A stretch of 59,623 nt of DNA, filler included, from Dimargaris cristalligena (GCA_003614675.1; 5 parts of 5 records of this genome joined end to end with filler, not necessarily neighbours in it); one strand, 5' to 3'. Numbered from the whole stretch's first letter, positions 24,598 to 37,921 are shown. Numbers and translations: made by a program. The notes: generated by a model not told the origin, from the letters alone.

Positions 24598-25308
24598 TCA
24601 TTCGGCAGTAGTGGAGTCTTGGGGATGTATTGTATTTATATGGCGCTTAAGGATATCTTTGCGATTGAACGCTCGCGCACAATTTGTACAGGCAAAGGGC
24701 CTCTCCTTGGTAAAACTTTTTAAGTGGCGGTTAAGTTCTTGTTTGCGGGAATAACTTCGGTTACATGATGCACAAGAAAAAGTAATTTTGGGACGACGCT
24801 TCCTGCAGACGTATTTTGTGAAATGGACATTGCGTCTGGCAGAGAACCTGAATTGTCTACGACAAATGGGGCACTTTAAGGGATATTTCTTCATAAAGTC
24901 CGACATCTGCTGATGGTATGGGCTTCCCTCTTCCTGCCACAGGTCCGGGTTGGTCGGGTCTCAAGGAACATCAGGGTGTTCAAAGAACGCATGGTCAGAG
25001 GGAGTGCCATGGGTACTATTGTCATCACGGTCCCTGTCGCTCGATTGGGAGCCGTTATCCGCCACCGAGGGAACGGGCTCGTCCGACGGGTACTTTAGTA
25101 TAAACTGGCCAAAAAGGGGTGATTGGCCCATTAAATCGGCCTCGGCAACTTCCTCGGGGGACATGCTGAGTTTGAGCCTCTCAATGTTCTGAGACAGCTG
25201 GTCATCAGTGAATTCACCAAAGTTGGGGGTTGTAAAACCCTGCTCAGAGGCACAACTGAGGGCTAAAGAACTTAGGATAAGTAGACCAATACAGTTTAAA
25301 ATATTCAT
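24598..25308 (-). pseudogene. Signal peptide + acidic linker + three C2H2-type zinc fingers, interrupted by one in-frame TGA (24963-24961)
   Basis: ORFs 25308-24961 and 24906-24598 share a frame (402 nt between starts) and the gap reads *DPTNPDLWQEEGSPYHQQ. Signal peptide MNILNCIGLLILSSLALSCA; fingers joined by a TKERPF linker. Confidence 0.75.
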
Positions 25309-28300
25309 GTTTGAGATTAACGTGTGAAAAGTGGTATGTTAAATAGACACAAAACTATGGTGACCAGTTGAGTATAAATAAATACTAGAAAATACTTTCC
25401 CGTTACAGTTGATTAATATAAACCAAACAAAATGAAGGGGGGATTGGGGAAACCGCCGCAATGAACTGGCTGAAAAGGGTATTAGAGTAAAGGAAGCTAA
25501 ATTTGATATGTGGGTGCACGGCCAGCTTAATTTATAATACCCGCTTGACAAACCGACCGGGCTGCATAACCTTAGCAAAAAATAACATCGGTAAGTATGT
25601 ATAAAATGACATTCACCCTTTGTTTTTATTTATATAGCAGAACTGGTTTAGTTAGGATTAGGCAGGTAATCCTTTGTGTACCCATGTTCCCTCCCTAATG
25701 CTCTTTGGGTTCACCACAGATTAGAGGGTACTACACCGAGCCGATTTAGTTATTCTTCATTTGTGCCGGCGTGGTACATAGGGACACTAGCCACTGCCCT
25801 TGTGAGTTATCGTTTCATAGTTGAATGTGCCCTCTTTATAGTATTGCACCGCCTATGATTAAAGTCACTTCGGGGTCATCAGCCTAGGCCTATTGGGGAG
25901 TGGTTCACTTCTTCACTGTGGCCACCACACGGAGAAGGTTCAGTGTCACTATAGAGTTAATCCCTTCATATATTTTTTTGGACTAGGCTCTTCCCCAGTT
26001 AGACTTAAATGGACCTCCTACCCAGCCTAGTATTGGCGTTGTACCGGAAAATCAAGACCATTGAAATGGACCTCTCTCATGAATATGGTGGGTTGGGTTA
26101 AAAAACTGACATATTCAACCTTTTATTCGGGGGGGAGGTGCTCTTTGCCTTGAAAACGGTCGAAAAGCGCCAAAAGCCCAATCTGGGAAACCAACTAAGG
26201 GGGACTATTCACTAAGTCCATTCAGATGAGGATTATATGAGTGCCGCAGACAGCCCCCCTCCCGTCGATAAACGGGGACAACCGCTACATGGACAAGAGT
26301 GGCCATTTCTAGTGCACTCAGGTATGCCTTGGTTGTTCAATAGTGATAAATATCGATTTCCGCTAATGATTAATTTGACACCCGTGTTTAGCTTGCATGT
26401 ATCCTGTCCCCGTCTATTGTCGTCAAAGTATTTCCATCAAACTCTGCTGAAAAATATGCCCCGACAGGCATAGTAGTATCTCCAGTTTCTAACTATTTAT
26501 GTTAGTTTATTTAGTTGCTCTACACCATTTCATTTTAACCACTTATAATGCCCCCTACCAACTACACTATTCATTAAGACTAACCATCCAGAGGCGCCTA
26601 TTGTCTTCTCACTACTGTCACCCTTTCTATACAGTTATATTGATATTCCTTTAGTATTCCCAATATCTATCCAGAACCCATTCCTGCATGTATTAACATT
26701 CTTGGCGGGCTAAATAGTGGCTATAGGTGCAAAATATACCTGTTCGGCCTATCGACTTCCCGCAATAAACGCTACTATATTTTTCAATTGCACCAACAAG
26801 CTGGCTCAGTTTGTCACCCCCAACCTAGTATATCTCCACTTCACGCAGCCTTAATTACCATTGTATCCGGGTGGCACTATTGCTTATACTCGCAATTACA
26901 CCTAACTATGGCTATGGTACATGTATACACTCTGCTCAACTTTTCAAGGACATCCGAACCGCATCTTCAAATGAGTCCGCTGTAATAGAGTGGTTGGGGA
27001 GTAAGGGGAAAGTGGTATGTGCTCTTGATACCCCGATATATCAAAATGTGGCACCCTTTATTGGGTGATATTGTGCTCCAATCAACATATGGAAGCCAAA
27101 GTAGCCTTTCACTCAAAAGGACAGCAGGTTGATATTTCCAACAACGATGCGCGGATGTCTTGGGTCATACAATTAGGGGTGGGGGTGGTGGTACGACAGT
27201 CTGTTGATACTACTTCCACCCCCATCCACTGGCTCTATGAGTTCCATTTATCCTATGCGGACGACCCATTTCAGTCTTGGGCGGAACCAATTGTCTGGGG
27301 GAAATTGGACTATCTGAAAGGGATGGTATGTCATAGTTAATTGCCAGCCCCCAGGTGTTATTACCATCCCAAGACAAGTGCCTGTACGGGTAGTTAATTA
27401 ATGACGAAGCAGTGGGGCCACTATTCAACTGGGGCCCAATGCCCTCTTTTGTTTTTTTGCCATTTTTAAAACACGTTGCCAGTGTCCATGGGCAGTGTGG
27501 CTTGCCCCAAAATTCACTTTGACAATGTATATGCAGTCTGGCTGAATATTTCACATATCTTTATTTGCGTGGGTAGTATCATCTGGTAGGTAATTAGGTG
27601 ACCTTTCTCCGACACTACTGGTAGTTTGATACTAATCAAATTATATTTTGGTACCCGAAGGGCCCCTCTATGTTTTACGTTAGTTCGATTGGATTTTAGT
27701 ATGCCATGCTAAATATTACAGTTACGAACTAGGGATATACCAGTACCACTTATGTATATAAATAACCCCAAGGAAACGTTTAGCGGGCACTTCTCTATTG
27801 GATTCTTTTGTAGCCCATTATTAATTGCAAAGAATAATACCGCATTTAATTCTGAATTGATTAAAAGAAAAAGGGGGAGGGTATGCAAGTTGACCCCCGA
27901 TCAAAATTAGCGGTTTACAGTCCTCCCCCTTCTTACCGGCCGATCGACGCAAAAGACTCGGAATAAAGGGTATTTCAAAAGCCGCTAATGCCATCCCATC
28001 TCTAGTTTGCTTTGCGAATAACGTATTAGGGACTCCCTTGTACATCAAACTACCCAATTTCCCTCCATTGGGCAGCCTAATAAAGCGCAAATAATCAGAG
28101 GCGTCTGGGGACAAGACTCGCAATCCACATTTGGACGCTTGTGCGACGGCTTTTCATGAAGGAGTATACGCAGTTGAGGTGCCATATTCAGTCAGCCACC
28201 ACGAAAAAATGAATATATAAAGGCAGGTGGTTAAAGTAACAATGCCCCCCACTGGCACCCTCTCCCCAGTAACACGTTCACGGCGGGATATCTCGTGATC

Positions 28301-28501
28301 ATTTGTATATAAATACCAACCTACACCCACTCCCTCATTTCGATCAATTCCACCCATCCTGCCTACTTTCAACTAGACCTCGTTTGAAATTTTTACTACC
28401 CCACTTAAGACTCTGCCCGCCTCCACCCCAATCCCGACGCTCGATCCCTTCTTTCTCGTCCGAATAGGCTCACACCAAGTCACACGATTGTAACTCGCCC
28501 A

Positions 28502-30112
28502 ATGAAGTTCATATTCAATTATGTCACTCTGGTAGGTATGATGTTTGCCCACTGTGCCATTGCTCACCCACATTCTGGCAATGAGGTGCCCTGGCAGGGG
28601 TTGGGTGGACTGATATCGAAAATAAAGTCTCTCTATAATAATTTAGGGTACCCAACTGGTTGCAGTGATACGGTGGTACTTCGCGACACCATGCCCGGCG
28701 GATTCGACAATGAGTGCGACAACGCGCACCTAGCTAATCCCACCGAGAGGCCCGTATGTGCCGACCAAGCCAAGTCGAGAAAGCCTTTCAAGATGTTAGC
28801 TGAGGGCTCGCCGCAGGAAATACTCGGGCTAGTGGGTCAGCAGCTCAGCCCACTTGATTTGGCCCAGGTTGCCCAAGTATCTAAAACGACTCGACTAGTG
28901 GCACTCAGTAACATGGGCTACCGCGACGCGGTCAATGTAAGTCTAAACGTATGGTTTTCATGAGTGTAACCAACCATTGAGGATTGACATGAGACTTATT
29001 AGCCATCAAGGAAGAACATGGGATGTTTCCGTTCCGAAGCATCACCTCCCTGCGCGATCGCTACATGACTGCAAACTCACCGTGCGCATTACCAAGCCAT
29101 TTTTATATCGAATATTACTAAACTACCACTATAATTTGATACGGAAAACCCAGGCCGGGAAATACACCAACCCACAAATTACCGAATTACTCACTCACGG
29201 ATTTAGGGACCACGAAGAAGCCATAATCCGAGGACTTATGCATGTAGAGTTTGCCAACACTATGTTCCAGGAGCTCTATGATAAGGTCTCCTACTACGGG
29301 GTCACACCTCGTGGGAGTCCCTCTCCTCTTAACAATCAATCTGATATTGATGATCGGGGTAAAATTTTGGCTCTACCCGGACTGGTGTCGGGGCTACAAA
29401 AGGTCTACGCCGATTGGTGTTATGTGCGTTTGGACCAACTGTCCCGGCAGCAGCTTTCCCATGTATTTCCACTAGTTGAATTTGCACTCCATAACGATAT
29501 TACGCAACTCTGGAACGTCACCAAAAGCTAGTAGCACTATTCGGTGGTATGGTTACTTCCGAGGGGGAGCTCCTCTCCAATTACTTTAAATTAGATATGG
29601 CTACTTCCCGTATTTCTATAGTATACCATTCCGTCGTATCGGAAATCGTTAGCGCCCTGGCGGCCGATAGGCAATTCGACAAACTGGGCACCTATATCGC
29701 CAAAATTATGCGCTCAAGAAACCGGGCAGCTAACATGGATAATTTTTTGAGACTGATGATCTTGGAATTCAACCTAGATGGTCTAGTGGCCGAGGCGTTG
29801 GGCGCCTTTGATTTTAATGCATCCTATGTAATCAGGTGTGCCCAGCATCTGGGTTTCCACCAGGCTTACCAGAGGCTCATTAACAAATATGGCCAGCCAC
29901 AGTCGGACTTTCGGACTAATCGCAACCTTTGCACGGCCTTGTATGGTGCATATGGCATGATCCACCTAAGCCCCCGTCCCCCCGGTTCGAATGGTGGTGA
30001 CACGCGTCCCTCGGTATCTTTTCGGGCCCTCCGTTCCGCCCTGCCTAAATATCTCGAATTACCCGAATCGGCCTTCGAGGACCAAATTGTGGTTGAAAAG
30101 CTGATCAAATAA
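28502..30112 (+). pseudogene. Signal peptide + F-box-like motif protein with a 1-nt frameshift near 29523-29527 (exons 28502-28936 and 29154-30112)
   Basis: Signal peptide MKFIFNYVTLVGMMFAHCAIA; F-box-like LAEGSPQEILGLVGQQLSPLDLAQVAQVSKTTR; AAT|GTAAGT...CAG|GCC junction in phase 0. Adding one A in ACCAAAAG links to the 29549-30112 frame (..TKKLVALFGGMVTS..). Confidence 0.7.
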
Positions 30113-31913
30113 AGACCCATTTGGTTTTCGTCGGTTCGAACCTTGAAACCAGTTAGCGTGATCCTAGCACCTCCCCTTCCTTAAGAAACCTATTTTAAGA
30201 GCACACTTGTGACTCCGTCTATCGCCGGTTCTTTTTCTCCAATGTGGTCATTGCTAGTTAGGTAGTCCATCCAGTCGGCCACCCTTTTTAGCCCTATGAT
30301 TTCCCAATCCCGATTATTTTCCAAGTGCCCCTCGAGTAATCATGATGGTTAGTGTTCTAGGGCTGCCTAGTTCCTACTTAATGGCCCTTTTTTTAATTTG
30401 AACGCTGGCTTGACCTATTGGTAATTTTATTGAAATATATAGCCTACAGCTGTAATCCTGTAAACAAATAAAATATTATGTCTGGCTGTTGTAAGAACCG
30501 TATAACTTGCGAGTGGGCTATACTTATGGGCCACTTTGATTAAAATGGCTTCTAAGTCGGCATGGCATCGACCTTGACGTAGCCATCATTAAACAGATAC
30601 AGTATACTTTAATTGGCTATGAAATATTTTATTCGAATATACAAGAGCCACTGGGTCCAGATACAAAGTTCGGGATAGTATGCGCCTATCAAGTGATGTC
30701 CTACTTTATGAACTGGGCTAGCGTGGCGGTTCACCACGCTATTACTACTGTGCCCTCCAATATCCCGAGGATTATAATAGGAACCGTACGGGGTTTCAGG
30801 TCAATGACGAAAATATCAGAAACGTAACATGAACGATGGAAAGTGAATAGAGTGGGCAATTTTGATAGAAAAATGTAGCGAAGAGTATGTAGACGAAGAA
30901 AGGCAGTAGCGACAGCAGCGCTAGTGAAACACAGAGTTACTAACATGTTAGCCGATCACCTTTTACGTTCAGTAGGTTCAGGTTCTACCATGTGGGGGCT
31001 GGCATTGCATGGCAAGTGCAACATCCGTCCCTTTTGGATATAAAAGTCTCCTTGTAGCAGCCCCTTGTAAAACAATGAGATGCCCACATGCTTGGTATAC
31101 CTAGCTGGAGTTGACAAGGACTTCAGAAGTTGGTGCCGCTGTCGTTACAAAGGGCTAATTATTTGGCAATGACTCGAAATCCTGGATGGCGTGGCTGAGG
31201 CTATAGCCCCAGCAATGTCGATATTGTTGGAATTGGGCCCAGCTGCAGGGATTCAAGTATCGGAAACACCCACTGTCCAATTTTCGGAACACCATTGGAT
31301 ATCCTTCGAGTATTGTGGTCTTATTATGAGAGGGCCACCAAGGCCATTCACACAATCTATTTGAAGATATATTTGATTAAACCTCTTACCAACCTGGGTT
31401 TATCAAATTACTTTTGCTGTATATCTGGTATCATTTATAAATAAAGAATAGTTCCCTCTGGGGAACATTAGATTCTCTGGAAATAATGTAAATTCGAACC
31501 AGGTTTTGGTACATGTTTGTTGGTTTTCACTCCGTCCCGGTCTATGGTGAGTTTTACTCCCGATTATGTATTTTGAACTAGGTAAGATTCGTTTCATAAT
31601 ATTAGGTAGCATGGTCCAAATTAAAGTATTATACAATATTTTATCATAACTATATACAAAAGCCTACACTACTGCCAAAATTTTTTACGGAACACTCTGT
31701 CTGATTGCCGCTACGTACTCCAGATTCCCAGCCGCAGGCCCTCGAATGAGCCAGATGAATAGACTACTTATTCTACATTATCATTATATCGTAATATTCA
31801 TTAAATTAATCGTTAACCGTCTAAAAAATTCCTTAAAGTCGTGTTATAATTAACCTGGTGAGGGTAGTCTTGAACACATTTCATGTGTATATATTACGAG
31901 ACCTTCGTAAAAA

Positions 31914-33514
31914 TTAGTAAGGGGAGGACTTCTTGTGGCGACAGATGATCCGCCGAGTTCGTAAAGAGGAATAAACAAAGTTTAGAAATCCAAATGCTTC
32001 ACACAAATCCCGACGGAAAATATGAAAACTGAAATAGAAACAGAAATCTGCCGGTATTGGAAGGGTCAAATAATCGGGGTTGAAAACATATCGCAAGCCT
32101 GTGCGGATCAGGGTACTTTCGATTAGCTGGACCATCGTATCCCGCGACAAACCGTATTTCTCCATGGCCTGTACAATGGGGTCGTAGTGAATCAAAGGAT
32201 CATCAAATGAGAGTGAACCAGTCAACTCGGCCGCCGAGCAGGTGTAGGCCACCGGATAGGGCACTTGGATGTCGGGACCAGAGAGGTTCACCCAGGACGA
32301 CCAGTCAAGGTCATGATGGCCATGGTCATGGACACTCAACGGCGAACAGTCCATGTTGTACTTGGCCATGTGTTCGTCGAGAAAGTCCATATATCTAACC
32401 AAATGGAGGCTTTCCGAGTCGGCGGGTATCGAGAGTGTTCCGGATTGGGCAAGAGTCGGCGCCCGGTCTTTTCCCTTGTCGAAAAGGGCCGTCATTAATG
32501 ACTGGCAATGCATCCGCAAGGTGCGGAGTTGGTCGGGGTCGATCGGGTGGTTCCAAAAGTCGGTCAAGTTCCCCATATCGAGTGACTTTACCATGGCTAC
32601 TTTCATTGTTGTCGTACCGTCGGGCTGTTGGATGATTTGGTATGGTAAGCCAGAGCTGCGGCCACGGAGTCGATCGGTAAAGTGTGCGTGGCCACCTGCC
32701 TCGATGGAGGTACAGTGGTCCAGTTTGTTCGTGGAGATTGGCGTGAGTTCCGGCGAAGAACTGCCTGAGGATACGCTAGTGGGTGGTGTCACAATACCCT
32801 GCAGAGCCTTCCGGAGCTCAGCCACGGTCATGCGGGCGGGTGGGGAACTGGAGATGATAGTGGGTCGGGTTACAGGCGATCCAGCCCGATCTATTGGTCC
32901 TCGGGCCGGATCCATGCTGGCGGGCAAGGTTATGATCTTGTCACACATCCCAATTACGGCTTCCCCGACTTGTCGACCATTTTGAGTTTGGTCCATGACC
33001 GCCCCAGCGGGCGAGTTCTTGGTAGTCGGTTGGCTGCGAGGACGAATAACGGCACCGTGCGCTGCCTTTTGGGGGCCTACTTTGGCCAAGGGTACGGACC
33101 GGGTGCCAGTGAGTTTGGGAGCCGAGACCTCGGGATTCAGCTTCGGCTTCGGTGCGTTGGCTTGTGATTTTTCGATGATACGGGAGTGGCGTTTTTCAAG
33201 ACAATTGGCCTGACTACGGGTCGCCGGCTTGCTGAGAATGGCAACTGCTGCCCCACGCTTTCCTGGCTGGCTCTGACCGGCGGTAGCTTGAGCAGGCTAA
33301 AATTGGGATCGAGTTTAAAACAGACAATTGCAACAATTTAATTAGTCAATAATAAATGAATAGTCGAATGTGAAGGTTAGCAGAATATAGCCAAGAATAA
33401 TATTGGTTGCAGGCTGTCTACAATTACCTTTGCAGCAATCGGTTTGGACGAGGCGGCCCGCCGAGCACGGGAAGAAGCGGTGGAGTTCATGTAGTTTGGG
33501 ATGCGGGTCGACAT
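31914..33514 (-). CDS. Hypothetical protein (~490 aa) with a basic Ser/Pro-rich N-terminus; exons 33514-33428 and 33296-31914
   Basis: MSTRIPNYMNSTASSRARRAASSKPIAAK|PAQATAG... splices in phase 0 (GTAATT...TTTAG) into the 391-aa ORF frame. Confidence 0.75.
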
Positions 33515-35764
33515 GGTTCCTTTAAAATATTGGTATATTAATTGGGGAAAAATGCAACAGGCTGGTGAGTTAGATTCAGCTGATATGTAAGAGAGTGCCG
33601 GGTATCTGAAGGAAACACCATTATTGCTGGCGTATTAACGTGGCTGAAGCCGGATTACTTACTGAAGGTTAATTGGAAGGAGGAGGAGACTGGCGAGTAT
33701 GAGAATCAATAGAGAAGTTAAAAGGGCTGGTGGATTTACGATTTGGTGGAAACTGTATCTAACTAGGGATAGGTTACTAACGTTGACAAGTAGGAAAGTG
33801 GGTGGTAAGGTGAGGCCTAAAATAAAGGCCCGATTCCGAAATATTTATACTGCTCTGGACAATACGGGTAAAGTTCAAAAATAGGGAATTGAAGCACCGG
33901 TGAGTAGGCCGAGTTTATGAATGCGATGGCAACGGTAATTGCACCGAGAGTAAACAAGGGATGGTGCATCTACTGTATGGTGTGGTTATGCATTGGATGC
34001 AGCTCACTTTCCGTCTTTACTTGCGCTCTGAAACAGCTATGCATGCTATTTATTTTTCAATACGCTCGTTGAGGGCAGAAAAAGAGGGACTGGGTGAGCG
34101 TCGCATCCAATGATGTATCACATCCCTCACCAGGGAGAAGGGGTATCGACAGGCAATAGCTATAATAATGGCACCCTATTGCTCCAGTATTTGGCACCGA
34201 ATTAAGAAAGTGAGCCATTGGTGGAGATTCGGAGATGCTCGGATGTAAAAAGAATGGCGCAAAGTCCAGTTGCTCAATGGAGCAAATGCTCTATGAAGCA
34301 TTTCAGTGTTTACACGAGCAATGGTTAATATGCCAATAAAAATATTACCACCGTCAGTGCCCGCTGTATAGCTTTAGGAAATTGCTTTCCCGATGGAGCA
34401 AGTTAAACAGTTTACATATAACGCAATAGAGGGGAGTATTCTGCCCGAGGTTCCTCATCTTACCTATAATATAATACCCAATTGACGATGACTTCGAAAC
34501 TGGCAATATATTCAAGATTTATGACTTCCCTCTGGAAACCCCGACCGACTATGCGCTGGTTTGTCTAGGTAGTAGGAACCTATTGTAACACTGTAACATC
34601 TTTACATTTTAGTATAAAATGCACGTCGATAAAATGATAATGCCTACTACTAACGATGCCTTAAAATAGCCTGTCACGCATCGATAACCCGTTGGTAAGG
34701 CGTCGTCTGGAGTGCCCAACTAGGCCGTTAGTCTCTGTGCTGTAGTATAGAATAGACTGTACTTGTCCCCTTCTCTTTCCTCAATGCATTCCAACATATT
34801 TTTTTGGTTAAGGCATGTACATATTAACCAGTTGTCACTAGCTTGTTTACGTAGGCATATTCTTATTTCAACTAATGTATTTGTCCAGCCTTGTAGGGGA
34901 GGGTAGGTCTAGTTTGCCCGTGTAAAGTTGGTTCTGCTAACCGACAACGGGTCGGTGTAACTTGTATTGTTTTTGAAGATGCCTTTAACAGGGTGCGTTG
35001 TATTGTAAACATTGGGTGGGTTTTTATTTGAATACGACGCGGCAGAATATATCCCACCAGCGACATTACTTTGATGCAACTGGCTGGGCGCCAATTGTAT
35101 GTTTATTGCATATCTATCGCATACATGCCAACACATGCTTAAGAAGCAATACGATGCACCCGTGTTTATATCCTAAAGGAATGCATACCTATACTCCATC
35201 CATACGATTTATTCCAACATTCCCCGATAGAACCATGCTTATCGATAATATGGAAGGCATTCCATTTAGCCCAAACATCCTGCTCCAGCAGCAGTTATGC
35301 CCATAGATTCTAATATAGCCCTTTCGAATTACATGGTTTATAGCAAAATATAAACTAATAATATAATATAGCACCATTTCAAAATACTCATAAATATACA
35401 TGCCCTAAATGTATACAGGATATCACTGACCCTCCAGAGCGGAGACTCGACAAACATAATCCTAAAGCAATCGATATCATTTGGTCTGAACTGATGGCCA
35501 AACAAAGCATCCTTCGCACCTCCGTGTATTTAAAACCACATATCGACTTTGTCGTGCTTAATAATCTATAGGATTAAAGCCGACTAACTATGAAGAACTA
35601 GGCACTATCATCGCCTAGTTCTATCAATGAGGCGCGGGAATTTGGCCTTGTTGAAGGATCAGTGTCCTTCAGCCATTCCCGCCACTCGATTCACATATTC
35701 CACATATCACCTTCATTATATACCCGTCTATTATTAGTTATCATTTATATTACTATCTAGTAGC

Positions 35765-35864
35765 NNNNNNNNNNNNNNNNNNNNNNNNNNNNNNNNNNNN
35801 NNNNNNNNTTAATTAATTAANNNNNNNNNNNNNNNNNNNNNNNNNNNNNNNNNNNNNNNNNNNN
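35765..35864. other. Artificial contig spacer
   Basis: 44N-TTAATTAATTAA-44N. Confidence 0.97.
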
Positions 35865-37921
35865 CGGAGAGCCTTTTCGTTGTAGTGGCCGCCACCAGCC
35901 AATTCAATGTGGTAGCCGGAGTTGAGCACGGCCGCGACGAATTTGGAGCTCACGGTGGAAGGAGTCATACCAGCAACCATAAGCGGGGGTTTACCGAGAA
36001 GGCGGCTCATTCGGGTCTCGATATGGAGCTGGTCATCGCACGTGGTGCGCACCAACTGAGGGCGGAAGTCGCGGGACCAGTCGGGGGAGTATTGCACCGA
36101 CTCTGGGCGGCTGTCGAAGAGAGCGGGCTTGTACGAAATGTTCTTACGGGTCCCGGTCAGGGCGCCCGCAAACACGATCCGCACACCGGTGCCTTCCTTG
36201 TTGCGGTTGGTCAGACTACCGATGCCAGACACGCCACCGGGGCCAAAATCCAGAATGTGGGTCACATCGGGCACAGCGGTGGACTTGACCCAGTAAGCGG
36301 TCCGGTTACAAGTTTGGGCAATCATCTCCAAGCTGATGTTACTGTGGTCGCGCAGGTCGGCGCCAGTATCAGTGGCCAGCAGGGGAATGGCCAAGTCCAT
36401 GCCATCAAAGCGCAGCTGGTATTTCTCAATATCCTGGGCAATGAGATCAGTCGCAGCCTTTAGGTAGACGGAGTGGAAGGGTACGGTGACAGGGAGGAAG
36501 CGGGTGCTAATCTTAAGGTGGCGCTTGGAGAAGGGAATACGAGACTGGTCAGCGCCCGAGGGGGCCTTTAGTTTGCGTAGGCGCAGGTTGAGCCCGTACA
36601 GACTCTGAGGGGGGCCGGTGCAGACGCAAGAGCGGGGCCCGTTAACCAGCGCAATGCTAATGCGGCGGTCCTCGGGCAAATGGGAGTTGGTCAGTTCCAC
36701 GTGTTGCACCACGTCGGCGTAGCGCAGGTGGGTGATGGCCAACATGGGGGAAGGAGTGCCTTCGTTGTGGTTCAGGGAGTCCTGTAGGATGACCGGGTTC
36801 AGGGTGGTGGCGGGGTACACCTGTTGGGCCCGGGTACCAAGCCAAAACAGAAGACCAAGGCCGCGTTCGGCATTCTGGTAGAAAGATTCCCAGGAGCTGG
36901 AGGCGGCAATCACGGCGGCGGAAATAATACCCTGGCTGTGGCCCGTGGCAGCCACGAAATGGCTCCGGACTTGGCCGGGGGTCAAGTCCAGAGTACGGCA
37001 CATGACCACATAGTGCATCAGCTGGGTCAGTCCGATCAGGGCGGGACTAACGGGGGCCGAAACCAGGTACTCATCGTCGGGCTGGGTGGAAGGGCGTTCG
37101 AGCCAACCCAGCACATCGAGGCCCTTGGAGTGGATGGTGCTAGTGTCCGGGTTGGCCGCGTAGCGACGTAATACCTCGGACATACGCTCAACAAAAGGGC
37201 GAACTAGGGGTTCGTAAGTGTTGAATAGATCGTGGGTCTCGTTGAAAAAATCAACTGACGTACCCTGACCTCCGAAAATAGCGAACAGGCGGGCGCGTTC
37301 TTCTTGGGAGGCCACAAATAGAGCGGAGGGCTGGGCGGCAAGGGAGGTGTCCTCTTCGTCGGCATCAGAGGCGTCGACCTCGAAGGACACGGTAGGGGCC
37401 TCGACGACGTCGGCCTCGAGAAGATTAGCTCGGGACCCGTGGCGCGAGTTAGGCCGGGTAGTGGCACGGGCACGAAGGGCGGTCAAGGCAACCAGATATG
37501 CATTGATCACGGTCTTGACTGCGGCCTCGGATGGAAGCTGAGCATCTGCCACGACATGAATATCATTGCCCTTGAGGAAGCGCTGGTGGATGTAGGAGAA
37601 CACCAGGCGAACCACCTCCATGAAAGCAGCAGCGGCCTCCGACAGACTCTTGGCGGCCTGTTGCACGCCAAATTTGAGGAGACGAGCGGAGAGTTCCAGC
37701 TCGGTCAGCTCGTCAGTTTGCTCGGACGGAGGGGCCTCCCCAGCCAGAGAGAGAAGGAATTGTTCACGGAGGTGTTCCGCAGTGGCCCACAAGGCACCGG
37801 GTATTAAAATAGAGATCTCCACGTTGCCGCGTTTAATCGACAGCGGGCGGGCTGCCTGGGAAAGCAGCTCAGTCGGGGCCCGGACGCTGACATATCCGTT
37901 GGAGAGCAGGGACGAAGCCAT
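35865..37921 (-). CDS. FAS1: Fungal type I fatty acid synthase beta-chain N-terminus (acetyltransferase + start of enoyl reductase), truncated by contig end
   Basis: RPLSIKRGNVEISILIP start motif, LFAIFGGQG, AT active site TGHSQG, LVNGPRSCVCTGPPQSLYGL, PFHS, ILDFGPGG, and ER start LGKPPLMVAGMTP...GYHIELAGGG. Likely ATG at 37921. Confidence 0.95.

Noticed and set aside
24961-24963. In-frame TGA as selenocysteine or programmed readthrough
   Set aside because: It lies in a disordered linker rather than a Cys/redox position, no SECIS was recognised, and the context is TGA-G. A nonsense mutation is simpler.
26800-27560. Possible LINE endonuclease relic (IVVGNIN resembling IxxGDFN on the minus strand)
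   Set aside because: Single weak motif amid stops; cannot be supported without a search.
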